Of a stretch of DNA of 64,000 bases, positions 38,729-48,153 are shown in pieces (position 1 is the stretch's first letter; every line of letters begins with the position of its first letter). Origin of the DNA: an uncultured Acidimicrobiaceae bacterium (GTDB lineage Bacteria; Actinomycetota; Acidimicrobiia; Acidimicrobiales; RAAP-2); the NCBI GenBank assembly GCA_963819695.1, contig CAWFXD010000002.1, positions 503,142 to 567,141 on the forward strand, written 5' to 3'. The position numbers and the translations under genes are program-made. The notes below the pieces were generated by a model, which did no database searches, was not told where the DNA came from, and worked only from the letters and a program-made list of their open reading frames with translations.

Positions 38729-40735
38729 ATGGCGGACCGAGCGCTCGAAGAGGCCGCGGCGGCCGGCGACGACGTCGAGGTGGAGTGGCAGTTCGACGCG
38801 CTCGATCTGCGGCCGGTCGAGCGGTGGATGGCCGCACTTCCCGGAACCCGGTTGGGGGGGGACCCGGGGACCCTTTCCCTCACCGCTCTGGCCAAGCCGG
38901 CCGTCCGCCAGGTCGACCGCTACCTCGATACCGAGGATTGGCGGATCGGGCGGGCCGGGCTCGTCCTCCGCACCCGTCGGAAGGGCCGACGTGACGAGGG
39001 CACCCTGAAGGACTCGCGCCCAGCCGACGCCGGGGGCCTTCGCCGCCGGCTCGAGGTGACCGAGTCCCTGCCGCCGGAAGGAATCGGCGCCCTCGGACCC
39101 GGCGGCCCGGTAGGTCGTCGCCTGCACGCCGTCGTCGGTAATCGTCCTCTCCACCAGGTACTCGAGATCCGCACCCGCCGCCGGGCATTCTCGCTGCGGG
39201 TAGACGGCGAAGATGTGGCCGAGGTCGCGCTGGACGAGACCACCATCGTCGGCGATTCGGGAGCCAGGCCGGCCCACCTCCGGCGGGTCGAAGTCGAGGT
39301 CGTCCACCGTTGGGTAGCCGCCCTCGAGCCGGTGGTACGCGACCTTCGCGATGCCTGTGGGCTGCGCCCGGCCACTCTCTCGAAATTCGAGGCGGGGCTC
39401 CTGGCCCTGGGCATCACCATTCCTGGACTGCCCGATCTTGGGCCGCAAGCGGTCTCTCCCGAGTCTTCGATGGGAGAACTCGCCTACGCGGTGCTGCGGC
39501 GCCATCTCGGGGTGCTCCTCGCCCGGGAGTCCGGAACCCGGCTCGGTGAGGACATCGAGGAACTCCACGACATGCGGGTGGCTACCCGGCGTCTCCGCGC
39601 CGCCATCGACGTGTTCGTCGCCGTCCTGCCGGTTCGGATCCAGGGTCTCCGCAAAGAGCTCGGCTGGTTGGCCGCGGCGTTGGGCGAGGTGCGTGACCTC
39701 GACGTCCAACTCGAGCACATGGACAACATGGGCGAGTGGAGTATCGCCTGGGCAACCTCGGAGGCGGCCGAGGATCCCCTCGTCCATCTGCGTCAACTGC
39801 TCGTCGATCAGCGAGTCGCGGCTCGCCGGCGTCTCCTGGAAGCGCTCGACTCCGCCCGCTACCAGCGACTGCTGAAGGGGTTCATTTCGCTTGTGGTCCA
39901 GGGGCCCTCGCGGCGATTCGCCGCCGCCGGGGTGCCGGCGGTGATCGCGATGCCCGATCTGGTGGCACAGCGGCACGGCAGCGTGCTGAAGGGAGCGAAG
40001 CGAGCCCGGAGGAGCGGGGTCGCGACCGACTTTCACCGGCTGCGCATCCGGTGCAAGCGGCTCCGTTACTCCCTCGAGTTCAGCGCCGGGCTCTACGGGG
40101 GTGGCACCGACCGTTTTGTTCGTCGGATGGCCCGCCTGCAAGATGCCCTGGGCCTGATGCAGGATGCCGAGGTGGCTACCGAGCAATTGTTGGCCATCAC
40201 GGCCGAACACGGATCGGACCTGCCCCCGTTGACGATTTTTGCCATGGGAAGCGTGGCCGAGCGCTACCGGGACGAGGCCGCCGACCTGCTGGCCTCGATG
40301 TCCCGGCGTTTGAAAGTGCTCGACGGTAGCGAGTGGGCCGCGCTGGAAGAGCTCATGGCTGCCTGTCACGAAGACGCCCTGGCCGCGGCTCCGGCCCCCC
40401 GCCCGAGAACCCGGCCGATCCCGTCGGTCCCGGCCGCCGGAGCCGGACCGGCGAGTGCGCCAACCCCGGTGGTGGCCTCGACGGGGACGGAGGAAGGGGA
40501 TGACCCGCCGGGGACTCCGGACCGGGTTGCCGCCGTCGCCCTGGCGGTGGTTGCCGGCGATCCGGAGACGGCGCCGACGGATGAGCCAGCCGAATCGCCG
40601 GGCCGGGATGAACAACCCCACGACCGTTCCCCGGCGAACGCCGGACTGGTCGCCTATCAGGAGCCACCGCCGGCGCCTCCCCACGTCGACCCCGAGGGAA
40701 CCCTCGACCCGATGGGCAGCGTCGGCGAGGTCTGA
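38729..40735 (+). CDS. CYTH + CHAD domain protein with ~150-aa Pro/Ala-rich C-terminal tail
   Basis: N-terminal EVEWQF (the ExExK-like start of the CYTH triphosphate tunnel). The CHAD helices carry repeated H/R motifs (IEELHDMRVATRRLRAAIDVF, FHRLRIRCKRLRYSLEF). Confidence 0.85.
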   Translation: MADRALEEAAAAGDDVEVEWQFDALDLRPVERWMAALPGTRLGGDPGTLSLTALAKPAVRQVDRYLDTEDWRIGRAGLVLRTRRKGRRDEGTLKDSRPADAGGLRRRLEVTESLPPEGIGALGPGGPVGRRLHAVVGNRPLHQVLEIRTRRRAFSLRVDGEDVAEVALDETTIVGDSGARPAHLRRVEVEVVHRWVAALEPVVRDLRDACGLRPATLSKFEAGLLALGITIPGLPDLGPQAVSPESSMGELAYAVLRRHLGVLLARESGTRLGEDIEELHDMRVATRRLRAAIDVFVAVLPVRIQGLRKELGWLAAALGEVRDLDVQLEHMDNMGEWSIAWATSEAAEDPLVHLRQLLVDQRVAARRRLLEALDSARYQRLLKGFISLVVQGPSRRFAAAGVPAVIAMPDLVAQRHGSVLKGAKRARRSGVATDFHRLRIRCKRLRYSLEFSAGLYGGGTDRFVRRMARLQDALGLMQDAEVATEQLLAITAEHGSDLPPLTIFAMGSVAERYRDEAADLLASMSRRLKVLDGSEWAALEELMAACHEDALAAAPAPRPRTRPIPSVPAAGAGPASAPTPVVASTGTEEGDDPPGTPDRVAAVALAVVAGDPETAPTDEPAESPGRDEQPHDRSPANAGLVAYQEPPPAPPHVDPEGTLDPMGSVGEV

Positions 40736-40787
40736 CCCGAACGCGGCACTTGATCGACTGGAGGATCGAGGCACGCGCGACCGCGAG

Positions 40788-41459
40788 CTAGCGGACCAGT
40801 GAGACCACCAGCAGCACTTGGGCGACGTGATAGGTGATGTGGACCAACAATGTGCCCTGACGGATCGGGCGGACGAACCGATCGGTGGCCAGCAGGGTAT
40901 CGGACGCCAGAAAACAGACGGCACCGATTGCGGCCGAGGTTCGGCCGACATTGGTGGCCAACACCACCATGGTCAGGATGGCCACCATGTACAGGCAGAC
41001 CGGGCCGACCAGGGCACCCTGTCCGTGCCGGAGGATCGATCGGAGGATGATGGTGGCGGGCAAAGCTTCGACCAGCAAGACGAGCCCGGATGCCAGCGCC
41101 AGCCCCGGCGATGAGAACGCGAATGGCCGGATGGAGGAGGAGGGACCGGGCTGAAGCAGCCCCACGATGAAGAAGGCGTGGCCAGCCAGGAACGCCGCCA
41201 GCCCGGGGATGAACAGATTTCGGGGGACCATCAACAAGACGTCCCCGACCAGGCAGAACGCCAGGGCGACCACGAACCAGCCTCTTCGGCCAACCGAGAC
41301 GGAATAAGCCGTGGGAATGAGGGCGGCGGCCGCCACCAGCAGAGCCAGGACCGCCGGCTTGGCGGCATACTGAAGCCGGTCATTGGCGGTCCCCACGGCC
41401 AGCCAATCGGCCAGGGCGGCCACCCCGGCCACGGCAATGAGGCTCCAGACCGTGGTCAT
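40788..41459 (-). CDS. YhhN/lysoplasmalogenase-family membrane protein
   Basis: Polytopic membrane protein starting MTTVWSLIAVAGVAALADWLAV, with AKPAVLALL, CLVGDVLLM and FLASDTLLA motifs. The ORF-track start at 41624 adds 55 non-membrane residues. Confidence 0.65.
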   Translation of the reverse strand: MTTVWSLIAVAGVAALADWLAVGTANDRLQYAAKPAVLALLVAAAALIPTAYSVSVGRRGWFVVALAFCLVGDVLLMVPRNLFIPGLAAFLAGHAFFIVGLLQPGPSSSIRPFAFSSPGLALASGLVLLVEALPATIILRSILRHGQGALVGPVCLYMVAILTMVVLATNVGRTSAAIGAVCFLASDTLLATDRFVRPIRQGTLLVHITYHVAQVLLVVSLVR

Positions 41460-41675
41460 CCGCAGGACGATACCGGGTGACCACCCGCCTCGACCTGGAC
41501 TAATCAGAAACCGTTTGAGCGCGGGGGGCGGACGGTGTACAACAGTCCCAACACAAACGGAGGAGGCCGTGGCGGACACCCAGGTGTTCCATGTCGGCAT
41601 CGTCATTCTCTGACCATCCACCACTGCGGAAAAGCCTGTCGTTAGGGTTTTTCAGGAAGAAGGTAGGTCGAGGAG

Positions 41676-42386
41676 TTGACGCTCATGATCGTTGTGGTGA
41701 TCCTCGTAGTGGCATGGCTGGTGATTCTTGGTCCCTCGATGTTCCGGCGACGCTCCGAACACGGGGGTGGAGTCAACTCCATCTCACACTTTCACCATCA
41801 GCTTCGGGTGCTGGAACAGTCCAGGGGGGAGCCGATCGTCTTCCCGGCGTTCCGCCTCCAGTCGGTTCCCGGCCACGGCACCCCGGCCCAGTCGAATTCC
41901 CCTGACAGCTCGGTGAGGCCGGTGCTTACCGTGGTGGGCGCCAAGGAACTGCCACGGCCGGCGCTGGCCTTCTTGGGCGAAGCGGCCACTCCGCGGGAGC
42001 CGGAACCCACCTACCGGCAGGCGTACCCCGAACGCATCACCACGCCTCGGTTGGCCAACCCCGAAGCCCGCGTCCTGGCCCGGCGCCGGAGACGTGACAC
42101 GTTGACGGTGCTGGCGCTGGTGTTCACCCTCACCTTGGTGATCGGCAGTATCCCGGGAGCACGGCCCGCCTGGGTGGTCACCGCCATCGCCGGCGTAGCC
42201 CTCGGCGCTTACGTGGCGATGCTGGTCCACATGCAGACAGTCATGGCGGAAGGCGAACGCAAGCTTCACTACCTTCGTCCCACCGTGGGGCAGGGCGGTA
42301 CTCGAGACGAGTATCTGGCGATGGCGGGAATGCAGGATCAGGACGGCCGGTACGGACACCCGGCTGGCCGCGCCGCTTCCCGTTGA
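41676..42386 (+). CDS. Membrane protein, possibly divisome SepX/GlpR-like
   Basis: N-terminal TM (MIVVVILVVAWLVILGPSMF) + RRRSE, then a later RRRRRD followed by two TM helices (TLTVLALVFTLTLVIG, WVVTAIAGVALGAYVAMLV). The family call is from remembered architecture only. An alternative ATG is at 41685. Confidence 0.4.
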   Translation: MTLMIVVVILVVAWLVILGPSMFRRRSEHGGGVNSISHFHHQLRVLEQSRGEPIVFPAFRLQSVPGHGTPAQSNSPDSSVRPVLTVVGAKELPRPALAFLGEAATPREPEPTYRQAYPERITTPRLANPEARVLARRRRRDTLTVLALVFTLTLVIGSIPGARPAWVVTAIAGVALGAYVAMLVHMQTVMAEGERKLHYLRPTVGQGGTRDEYLAMAGMQDQDGRYGHPAGRAASR

Positions 42387-44089
42387 CCGAATCGCTTCCT
42401 TCGGCATTCGATCCCACTTCATCCAGTCTGGCCCCAGCATCCGACACCCGCCTGGCTGACCAGCTGGCGATGGTCGGTCCGTCATTACGGGAAGAGCTGG
42501 CCGGCGCCCACCAGGCCCGGGAGGTCTCGTTGCGGGCCTGCCGGGACACCATCCGGCAGTGCAGCTTGGCCATTCGGGCGGTTCACCGGCTCTTGCCGGA
42601 CCAGTTCCGGGAACACGCCGCGGCCGCCGAAGCCTCGCTTCGAATCGCCCAGCAGGCCTTGGAGCCGTTCCCGAGGCTGGCGGCCGCCGGCTTTCTGCAC
42701 GATGCCGAAAAGGAGTATGCCGAGGCGCGGTTGACGGCCGCACTGGTGGCCGGGTCCCCGCTTCCGGACCACCGCGCCCTGGGTGTCGCCATCCCCGCCT
42801 GGCTCAACGGGCTGGCGGAAGCGGCTTCCGAGCTCCGCCGGCATCTTCTCGACCGCATCCGCGACGGCGACCTGGCCCGGGGGTCGGCGCTCCTGGACGC
42901 CATGGGCGACTGCTACGACGTCCTGGTGACGGTCGACTTTCCCGACGCCATCACCGGGGGGCTCCGCCGAGCCACTGATGCCCTCCGGGCGGTTCTCGAG
43001 CGCAGCCGGTCGGACGTGACCACCACCACCCTGCAGGTGCAGTTGCAGCGGGCCATCGAGGGAATGTCGAAGGTGCCGCTGGATCAAGCCTCCGCCACCG
43101 TGAAGCCCGGCTGGATGGATGTAGCCGCGGCCGCGGCGACAGCCGCCGCCGCCGGACTGGGCTCCTTGCCTGGTGGCGACCAATCCGGTGGAGATGGCGA
43201 AGGGGCAATTCTGTGGGAGATCCAGACGGTGGTCGCCTCGAAGGTGACCATTCGCCGGGGATCGGTGGCCTCGGGTGTTGACGATTCCTCGGCCCCCGAA
43301 GAAGTCGGTGACGGGGACCTCGAGGCACCGGCGGTCGCACTCCCAGTGGCCCAACCCCTTCCGGACATACCGGCGTCGTCGGTCGTACCGGCGGCGCCGG
43401 TCGTGCCGACTGCGGACGCGGCACGAGTTGGCGAGGTGGCACCGGAATCGAGCGAGGCGAGGGAGGCGGCACCGGTGCCACCTCAGGAGGTGCCCCACCT
43501 GCTGGATCGACCGAACGATAGCCCGCCCGCCCGCCATCGACCGTTCGGCAACCTTTGGCGGGCGCTGGGCTTTGTCATCTTTGCCATCGTCGGAACCGCC
43601 ATGGTGGCGGTGGCCGTGGCCACCCTGGCGCTCCATCTCTCCATCCGGCCGGTTCTGTCACCGAGCATGGAACCGACCTACGGGCCGGGCTGGGCCATCA
43701 TCACTCGGCCGGTGTCCACCTCGACGTTGAAGGTCGGCGACATCATCGTCTTCACCCCACCTGGCCAATCCGTTCAATATGCCCACCGAATTATTTCGCT
43801 CACCGGACCAGCAGACCATCCGGTCGTGATGACCAAGGGCGACAACAATCCCACCCCGGACGCTTGGCACGCCCGCCTGGCTTCAGACACCACACCCGAG
43901 GTAATAGCCGAAGTCCCCTTGGTTGGCAGTGTCCTCAACGGCCTGGGAAGTGGCGTCACCCGGGCGGCGGTGATCGCGTTCGCGGGCATCATCGTCTGCG
44001 GGGTCGGGATGATCTGGATAATCCGATCAGGTCGTCCACCGAGACGGCCAGACCCGGCGTCGATCCCCGGAGACCGGTCGGCGCAGTAG
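42383..44089 (+). CDS. Continuous ORF: translin-family-like N-terminal domain + low-complexity linker + TM + SipW-type signal peptidase I
   Basis: N-terminal helical region (...AIRAVHRLLPDQ...FLHDAEKEYAEARL...WLNGLAEAASELRRHLLDRIRDGDLARG...DCYDVLVTVDFPDAITGGLRRATDALRAVLERSRSD). The C-terminus has LSPSMEPTY (Ser box), VGDIIVFTPP, YAHRII (His box) and MTKGDNNPTPD (GDNN box), flanked by TM helices. An internal SD (GAGGGAGG) + GTG at 43475 could express the peptidase alone. Confidence 0.65.
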   Translation: MTESLPSAFDPTSSSLAPASDTRLADQLAMVGPSLREELAGAHQAREVSLRACRDTIRQCSLAIRAVHRLLPDQFREHAAAAEASLRIAQQALEPFPRLAAAGFLHDAEKEYAEARLTAALVAGSPLPDHRALGVAIPAWLNGLAEAASELRRHLLDRIRDGDLARGSALLDAMGDCYDVLVTVDFPDAITGGLRRATDALRAVLERSRSDVTTTTLQVQLQRAIEGMSKVPLDQASATVKPGWMDVAAAAATAAAAGLGSLPGGDQSGGDGEGAILWEIQTVVASKVTIRRGSVASGVDDSSAPEEVGDGDLEAPAVALPVAQPLPDIPASSVVPAAPVVPTADAARVGEVAPESSEAREAAPVPPQEVPHLLDRPNDSPPARHRPFGNLWRALGFVIFAIVGTAMVAVAVATLALHLSIRPVLSPSMEPTYGPGWAIITRPVSTSTLKVGDIIVFTPPGQSVQYAHRIISLTGPADHPVVMTKGDNNPTPDAWHARLASDTTPEVIAEVPLVGSVLNGLGSGVTRAAVIAFAGIIVCGVGMIWIIRSGRPPRRPDPASIPGDRSAQ

Positions 44090-44226
44090 GAATCGGCCTC
44101 GGGACGATGGATTCCACGCCTGGGGAGCCAAAAAAATAGAACTGGTTCTCGCGTTGGCTCATGTACTCCTCCGAACTTGCCGATGGTAGGGCACAAAGTC
44201 ACATCATCGGGGAACGGGAGACGTTT

Positions 44227-44913
44227 ATGAGACGCGCCAACCGCGAAAACAACCTGGACAACGAAGAAGGCGGATCGCACCGTCGACGTTGGACCTACCT
44301 GATTGCCGGAGTCTTCGGAATCGGGGTGTTGTCCCTGACCGGCGCGGGGGTCTATGCCGGCCTGACGGCAACCGCCACCGGGACCCAGACGGTTACCTCG
44401 GGTACCCTCAGCCTGACCCTTTCGGCCACCGCTCCGAGCGGCGGCTTCGGCCAGACCGTGTCAGATATGGCGCCCGGTGACCAGGACAACGTGTATGTCA
44501 AACTGACTAACGGCGGCACCTTGTCCGCCACGGGCGTGACCCTCGGAGTCACAGGAACCGGCGGGACCCTTCTGACGACCGACGCGGTCAAGGGTCTGGC
44601 GGTCGCCATCAATGGTTGTTCGGTCGCCTGGACGGTCACCTTGGGTACTCCGGGTTCGGCAACCTGCGGGGGAACCACGACCCCCCTGCTGGCGTCGACC
44701 CCGGTGGCCACCCTTTCGACCACTCCCGGAACCGTCGCGGCGAGTATCGGGGTCAATGCATCACTGTTCCTCCAGGTGAACCTCACCCTTCCGAACCAAA
44801 GTGAGAACACCCTGAACGGAACGCCACCCAGCCCGACCATCCAAGGACTGTCGACCGTCCTCACCTACAGCTTCAACGAGGCGCAGCGGGCAGCACAGAT
44901 AACCACCTCATAA
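44227..44913 (+). CDS. Secreted TasA/camelysin-like protein with SipW-cognate-type leader (locus 2)
   Basis: GGGAG RBS before ATG 44227. HRRRW + helix TYLIAGVFGIGVLSLTGAGVYAG + LTATATGTQTVTSGTLSLTL, then MAPGDQDNVYVKLTNGGTL, as in TasA-family proteins (SGTL-x-L ... PGD ... N-x-G-[ST]-L). Confidence 0.7.
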   Translation: MRRANRENNLDNEEGGSHRRRWTYLIAGVFGIGVLSLTGAGVYAGLTATATGTQTVTSGTLSLTLSATAPSGGFGQTVSDMAPGDQDNVYVKLTNGGTLSATGVTLGVTGTGGTLLTTDAVKGLAVAINGCSVAWTVTLGTPGSATCGGTTTPLLASTPVATLSTTPGTVAASIGVNASLFLQVNLTLPNQSENTLNGTPPSPTIQGLSTVLTYSFNEAQRAAQITTS

Positions 44914-44923
44914 ATACGCCTCG

Positions 44924-45550
44924 ATGCCCCGAGTGCCAGCGAGTGCCTACGCGTTCTGCGGATGCCTTCTGGTGCTCGGGGCATTGGCATTCCCGGTCTT
45001 CGGTGGGAGCGGCTCCGGAGCGGCCGGTGCGGCCTCGATCACCGCGACAGCCGGGGCAACACTTGGAAAAACCACCTTCAGCGCCGGAGCCAACTGGGGG
45101 TCCATCCCGACCACCACCTCCTCGGGTACGCCGTCGGCCGGCGCACTTGTCCAGACCTTTACGACCTCGCTGATCGGTAGCCCAGGGCCGCAGAACTTCT
45201 TCAGCTACAACTCGGGAACGGTGAATCTGGTGGCGACCACCTACACGGTCACCCTTTCCCAGTCGGGGGTCATCGTGGGCACGCCGTCGGCCACCCTGAA
45301 GACGTGCACGGTGACATGGACAACCACCTGCGGCGGAACCAGCACAACCATCAACACCTGGACCGGCGGGGCAGGGTCTCCGACAGCCACCACCGTGGTA
45401 CCGGTTGCCCCCGGGGCCCGTCTCTCCATCCAGACGAGCATCAGCGGGGTGGGTCTTTCGCTGGGCGGGACCATCACCGTCACGATCAACACCGGGGTCA
45501 ATTCCATGGCGCCCCGACAGATCCGTGCCGCGACCTTCACCACCGCTTAG
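44924..45550 (+). CDS. Secreted Thr/Gly/Ser-rich beta-type protein (possible accessory/minor subunit)
   Basis: Signal-peptide-like N-terminus (AFCGCLLVLGALAFPVFGGSG) and beta-rich composition. It starts 10 nt after the TasA-like gene. Confidence 0.55.
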   Translation: MPRVPASAYAFCGCLLVLGALAFPVFGGSGSGAAGAASITATAGATLGKTTFSAGANWGSIPTTTSSGTPSAGALVQTFTTSLIGSPGPQNFFSYNSGTVNLVATTYTVTLSQSGVIVGTPSATLKTCTVTWTTTCGGTSTTINTWTGGAGSPTATTVVPVAPGARLSIQTSISGVGLSLGGTITVTINTGVNSMAPRQIRAATFTTA

Positions 45551-45622
45551 GCCGGGAGCCGGCCGGGAGTCCTCCCGGGACCGGGTCGCGGCATCCGCCC
45601 GCACGACTGGGTACTATGCGGC

Positions 45623-46345
45623 ATGGCCAACACCCCTGACACCACCGCCGGATCGACAGGCACGGCGATCGCCGAGGCGATCGAAGGAGCCCTCGCCGGC
45701 CGGATCCTCCTTACCCACCCCTTCTACCTGCGGTGGGAGGCGGGCGACCTGCTTGCCGGTGAGCTCGACAGCTATGCCCGCCAGTACCGGTCTTTCGAGG
45801 CCGCGCTTCCTGAGATCCTGTCCGGGGTCACCCGGCGTCTGGTGGCCGACGGCTCAACTGACGTGGCCGATCTGGTGCGGCGCAACCTGGACGATGAGCT
45901 CGCCCACCCCGAGCCCCACCTGGTCCTGTTCGACCGCTTCGCCACCGCGGTCTCGGCCCAGGACCCATCGAGCGATACCGGAACCGAGGCAGGTCCGGCG
46001 GCCGATGCCTTGGTGGCCACCTACACCGACCTGGTTCAAGCCGGACCGGTAGCTGCCCTTTCGGCGCTGGCCGCCTATGAGACCCAGGCATCGGCGATCG
46101 CCAGATCGAAGGCGGAAGGTCTGCGCCGCTGGTACGGGATGGACGATGCGGGCGTGGCTTTCTGGGACGTGCACGCGGCGATGGATGCCGACCACGGCGA
46201 CTGGGCGATCGAGGCTCTGACCCAGCTCGATGCCGACCCAGATGTGGTCGCCGACGCGGCCAGGCTGGCCGCCGACGCCTGGTGGGCGTTCCTCGACGAA
46301 CGGGAAGCCGATGCCCCGGTCGGCGCCGGCTCCCGCGCCGTCTGA
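45623..46345 (+). CDS. Haem-oxygenase-like di-iron fold protein (TenA/PqqC/CADD family)
   Basis: HPFYLRWEAGDLLAGELDSYARQYRSFEAALPEIL and DELAHPEPHLVLFDRF resemble the PqqC/CADD-like family. The assignment is by memory of the motif pattern. Confidence 0.6.
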   Translation: MANTPDTTAGSTGTAIAEAIEGALAGRILLTHPFYLRWEAGDLLAGELDSYARQYRSFEAALPEILSGVTRRLVADGSTDVADLVRRNLDDELAHPEPHLVLFDRFATAVSAQDPSSDTGTEAGPAADALVATYTDLVQAGPVAALSALAAYETQASAIARSKAEGLRRWYGMDDAGVAFWDVHAAMDADHGDWAIEALTQLDADPDVVADAARLAADAWWAFLDEREADAPVGAGSRAV

Positions 46346-46380
46346 GCAACCGGTCCAGCTAGAGGAGGCGAAACCGCCCG

Positions 46381-46797
46381 TTAGCGGCGGGCGACGCCTA
46401 TCGCGGTCATCACCATCGGCACCTGCATCGGGAGCCGCAGCCAAGGCACCCACGACTTGAGGGAACGAGGTCGGCCGGCATCCACCGCCATCTGGATATT
46501 GGCGGGATAGACACCGACCAGGGTGGCGGCGGCCAGCACTCCGCCCCGGCGGCGGGTGTTCAGGTCGGAGGACAGCATCAAGGCCCCGGCGGTGGCTTCG
46601 ACGAGGCCGGAGGCGTAGACCCAGAAACGGGGATGTCCCAAAAAGCGGGGCACGATCTTCATGAACGGCTTCGGGATGAGGAAGTGGCCGACGCTCGACA
46701 CCAACAGCATCCCGGCCAATCGCAGCCGCGATCGCCGTTGCCCGGCGCTCTCCTCGGGAGCGAGGACGACATTGAGGCCTACCGGGGTATCGGACAT
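46381..46797 (-). CDS. DoxX-like small membrane protein
   Basis: 138 aa with hydrophobic helices (LAGMLLVSSVGHFLIP, WVYASGLVEATAGALML, AATLVGVYPANIQM). Confidence 0.5.
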   Translation of the reverse strand: MSDTPVGLNVVLAPEESAGQRRSRLRLAGMLLVSSVGHFLIPKPFMKIVPRFLGHPRFWVYASGLVEATAGALMLSSDLNTRRRGGVLAAATLVGVYPANIQMAVDAGRPRSLKSWVPWLRLPMQVPMVMTAIGVARR

Positions 46798-46876
46798 CGG
46801 CTCATCTTAGGGATGGTCGCGACGTGCCGCGGTCCGGCCGACCCCCAGCCCAACCCCGATAGCCCCTCGTTCACAC

Positions 46877-48067
46877 TCACCCGAGTTCGGTCCCCACCAC
46901 CGACACGAACGACACCATTTCTCCGGGGTACCCGCCGAGATTGTGGATGAGGGCCAGCTTGCGATCCGTCTCGATCTGCCGTTCGGGGGTGGCTTCGCCC
47001 CGGAGCTGCAGCCAGGCTTCGAAGTGCATGCGGAGACCCGAGGCCCCGACCGGGTGACCGAAGCTCTTGAGGCCGCCGTCGGGATTGACCGGGAGCTCAC
47101 CGGTCCGGTCGAACGTGCCGGCCAGGATCTCCTTCCAGGCGGTGCCCCGCTCGCAGAAGCCGAGGTCCTCCATCAGCACCAGTTCGGTGGGGGTGAAGCA
47201 GTCGTGGACCTCGGCCATGGCCAGCTGCCGCCTCGGGTCGGTGATCCCGGCCTGCCGGTAGGCGTCCTCGGCGGCCAGCGTGCACTCCGGGAACCAGGTG
47301 TAGTCGTAGTCGGGATCGATCAGCCCCGAGCCGCTTCCGGCCGCGAACGACAGGGCCTTGATGAAGACCGGCGTGTCGGTGTAGCGATGGGCGTCCTCGG
47401 CCCGGACGACGATGGCCGCCGCCGCCCCGTCGGCCACCCCGGCGCAGTCGAAGACCCCCAACCGGCCGGCGACTCTCGGCGAGGCGCAGATGGTCTCGGT
47501 GGAGACCTCCTTGCGGAACTGGGCCCGCGGGTTGCGGGCCCCGTTCTGGTGGTTCTTCCACGAGATCCGGGCCAGCACCTCGCCGAGCTCGTCCTCGCCG
47601 ACGCCGTACTTCTTGGCGTAGGCCGGGGCCACCATGGAGAACATCGCCGCGGCGGTCAGCGTGCGGGTGGTCCCGTCGTTGGGGATCGGGAAGGAATTCA
47701 GCCCCTGGTACCCCGAGTCCTTCACCTTCTCGGCCCCGACGGCCATGGCCACGTCGTAGGCGCCGGAAGCCACCGCGTAGGCGGCCGCCCGCAGGGCTTC
47801 GGATCCGGTGGCACAGTAATTCTCCACCCGGGTGACCGGCTTGCCCTCCAGCTGCAGGGGCCGGGCCAGGGTGATCCCGCTCATGCCCGACTGGGCCGTG
47901 CCGAACCAGTAGGCATCGACATCGTCCTTGCCGATCCCCGCGGAGGTGAAGGTGTCTCCCGCCGCCTCGACGATCAGGTCATCGAGGCTCTTGTCCCAGT
48001 GCTCGGCGAACCGGGTGCAGCCCATGCCCACGATTGCCACCTGGTCCTTGATCCCATGCGATCCCAT
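46877..48067 (-). CDS. SCP-x/Ltp-type thiolase-fold protein
   Basis: VAIVGMGCTRFAEH, ENYCATGSEAL (nucleophile Cys), EVHDCFT and FGHPVGASG. Confidence 0.9.
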   Translation of the reverse strand: MGSHGIKDQVAIVGMGCTRFAEHWDKSLDDLIVEAAGDTFTSAGIGKDDVDAYWFGTAQSGMSGITLARPLQLEGKPVTRVENYCATGSEALRAAAYAVASGAYDVAMAVGAEKVKDSGYQGLNSFPIPNDGTTRTLTAAAMFSMVAPAYAKKYGVGEDELGEVLARISWKNHQNGARNPRAQFRKEVSTETICASPRVAGRLGVFDCAGVADGAAAAIVVRAEDAHRYTDTPVFIKALSFAAGSGSGLIDPDYDYTWFPECTLAAEDAYRQAGITDPRRQLAMAEVHDCFTPTELVLMEDLGFCERGTAWKEILAGTFDRTGELPVNPDGGLKSFGHPVGASGLRMHFEAWLQLRGEATPERQIETDRKLALIHNLGGYPGEMVSFVSVVGTELG

Positions 48068-48153
48068 CGCTCGTCTCCTCTGATTCTCGTCGTCGTGGTC
48101 GTGGTTGCAGATCGGGTGGCCGACTTGGCGGACGGCCGACCACCGCGGTCGGT

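Noticed and set aside
38462-40951. 829-aa minus-strand ORF
   Set aside because: It is antisense to the CYTH-CHAD gene and runs over the NUDIX gene in another frame. It has no motifs.
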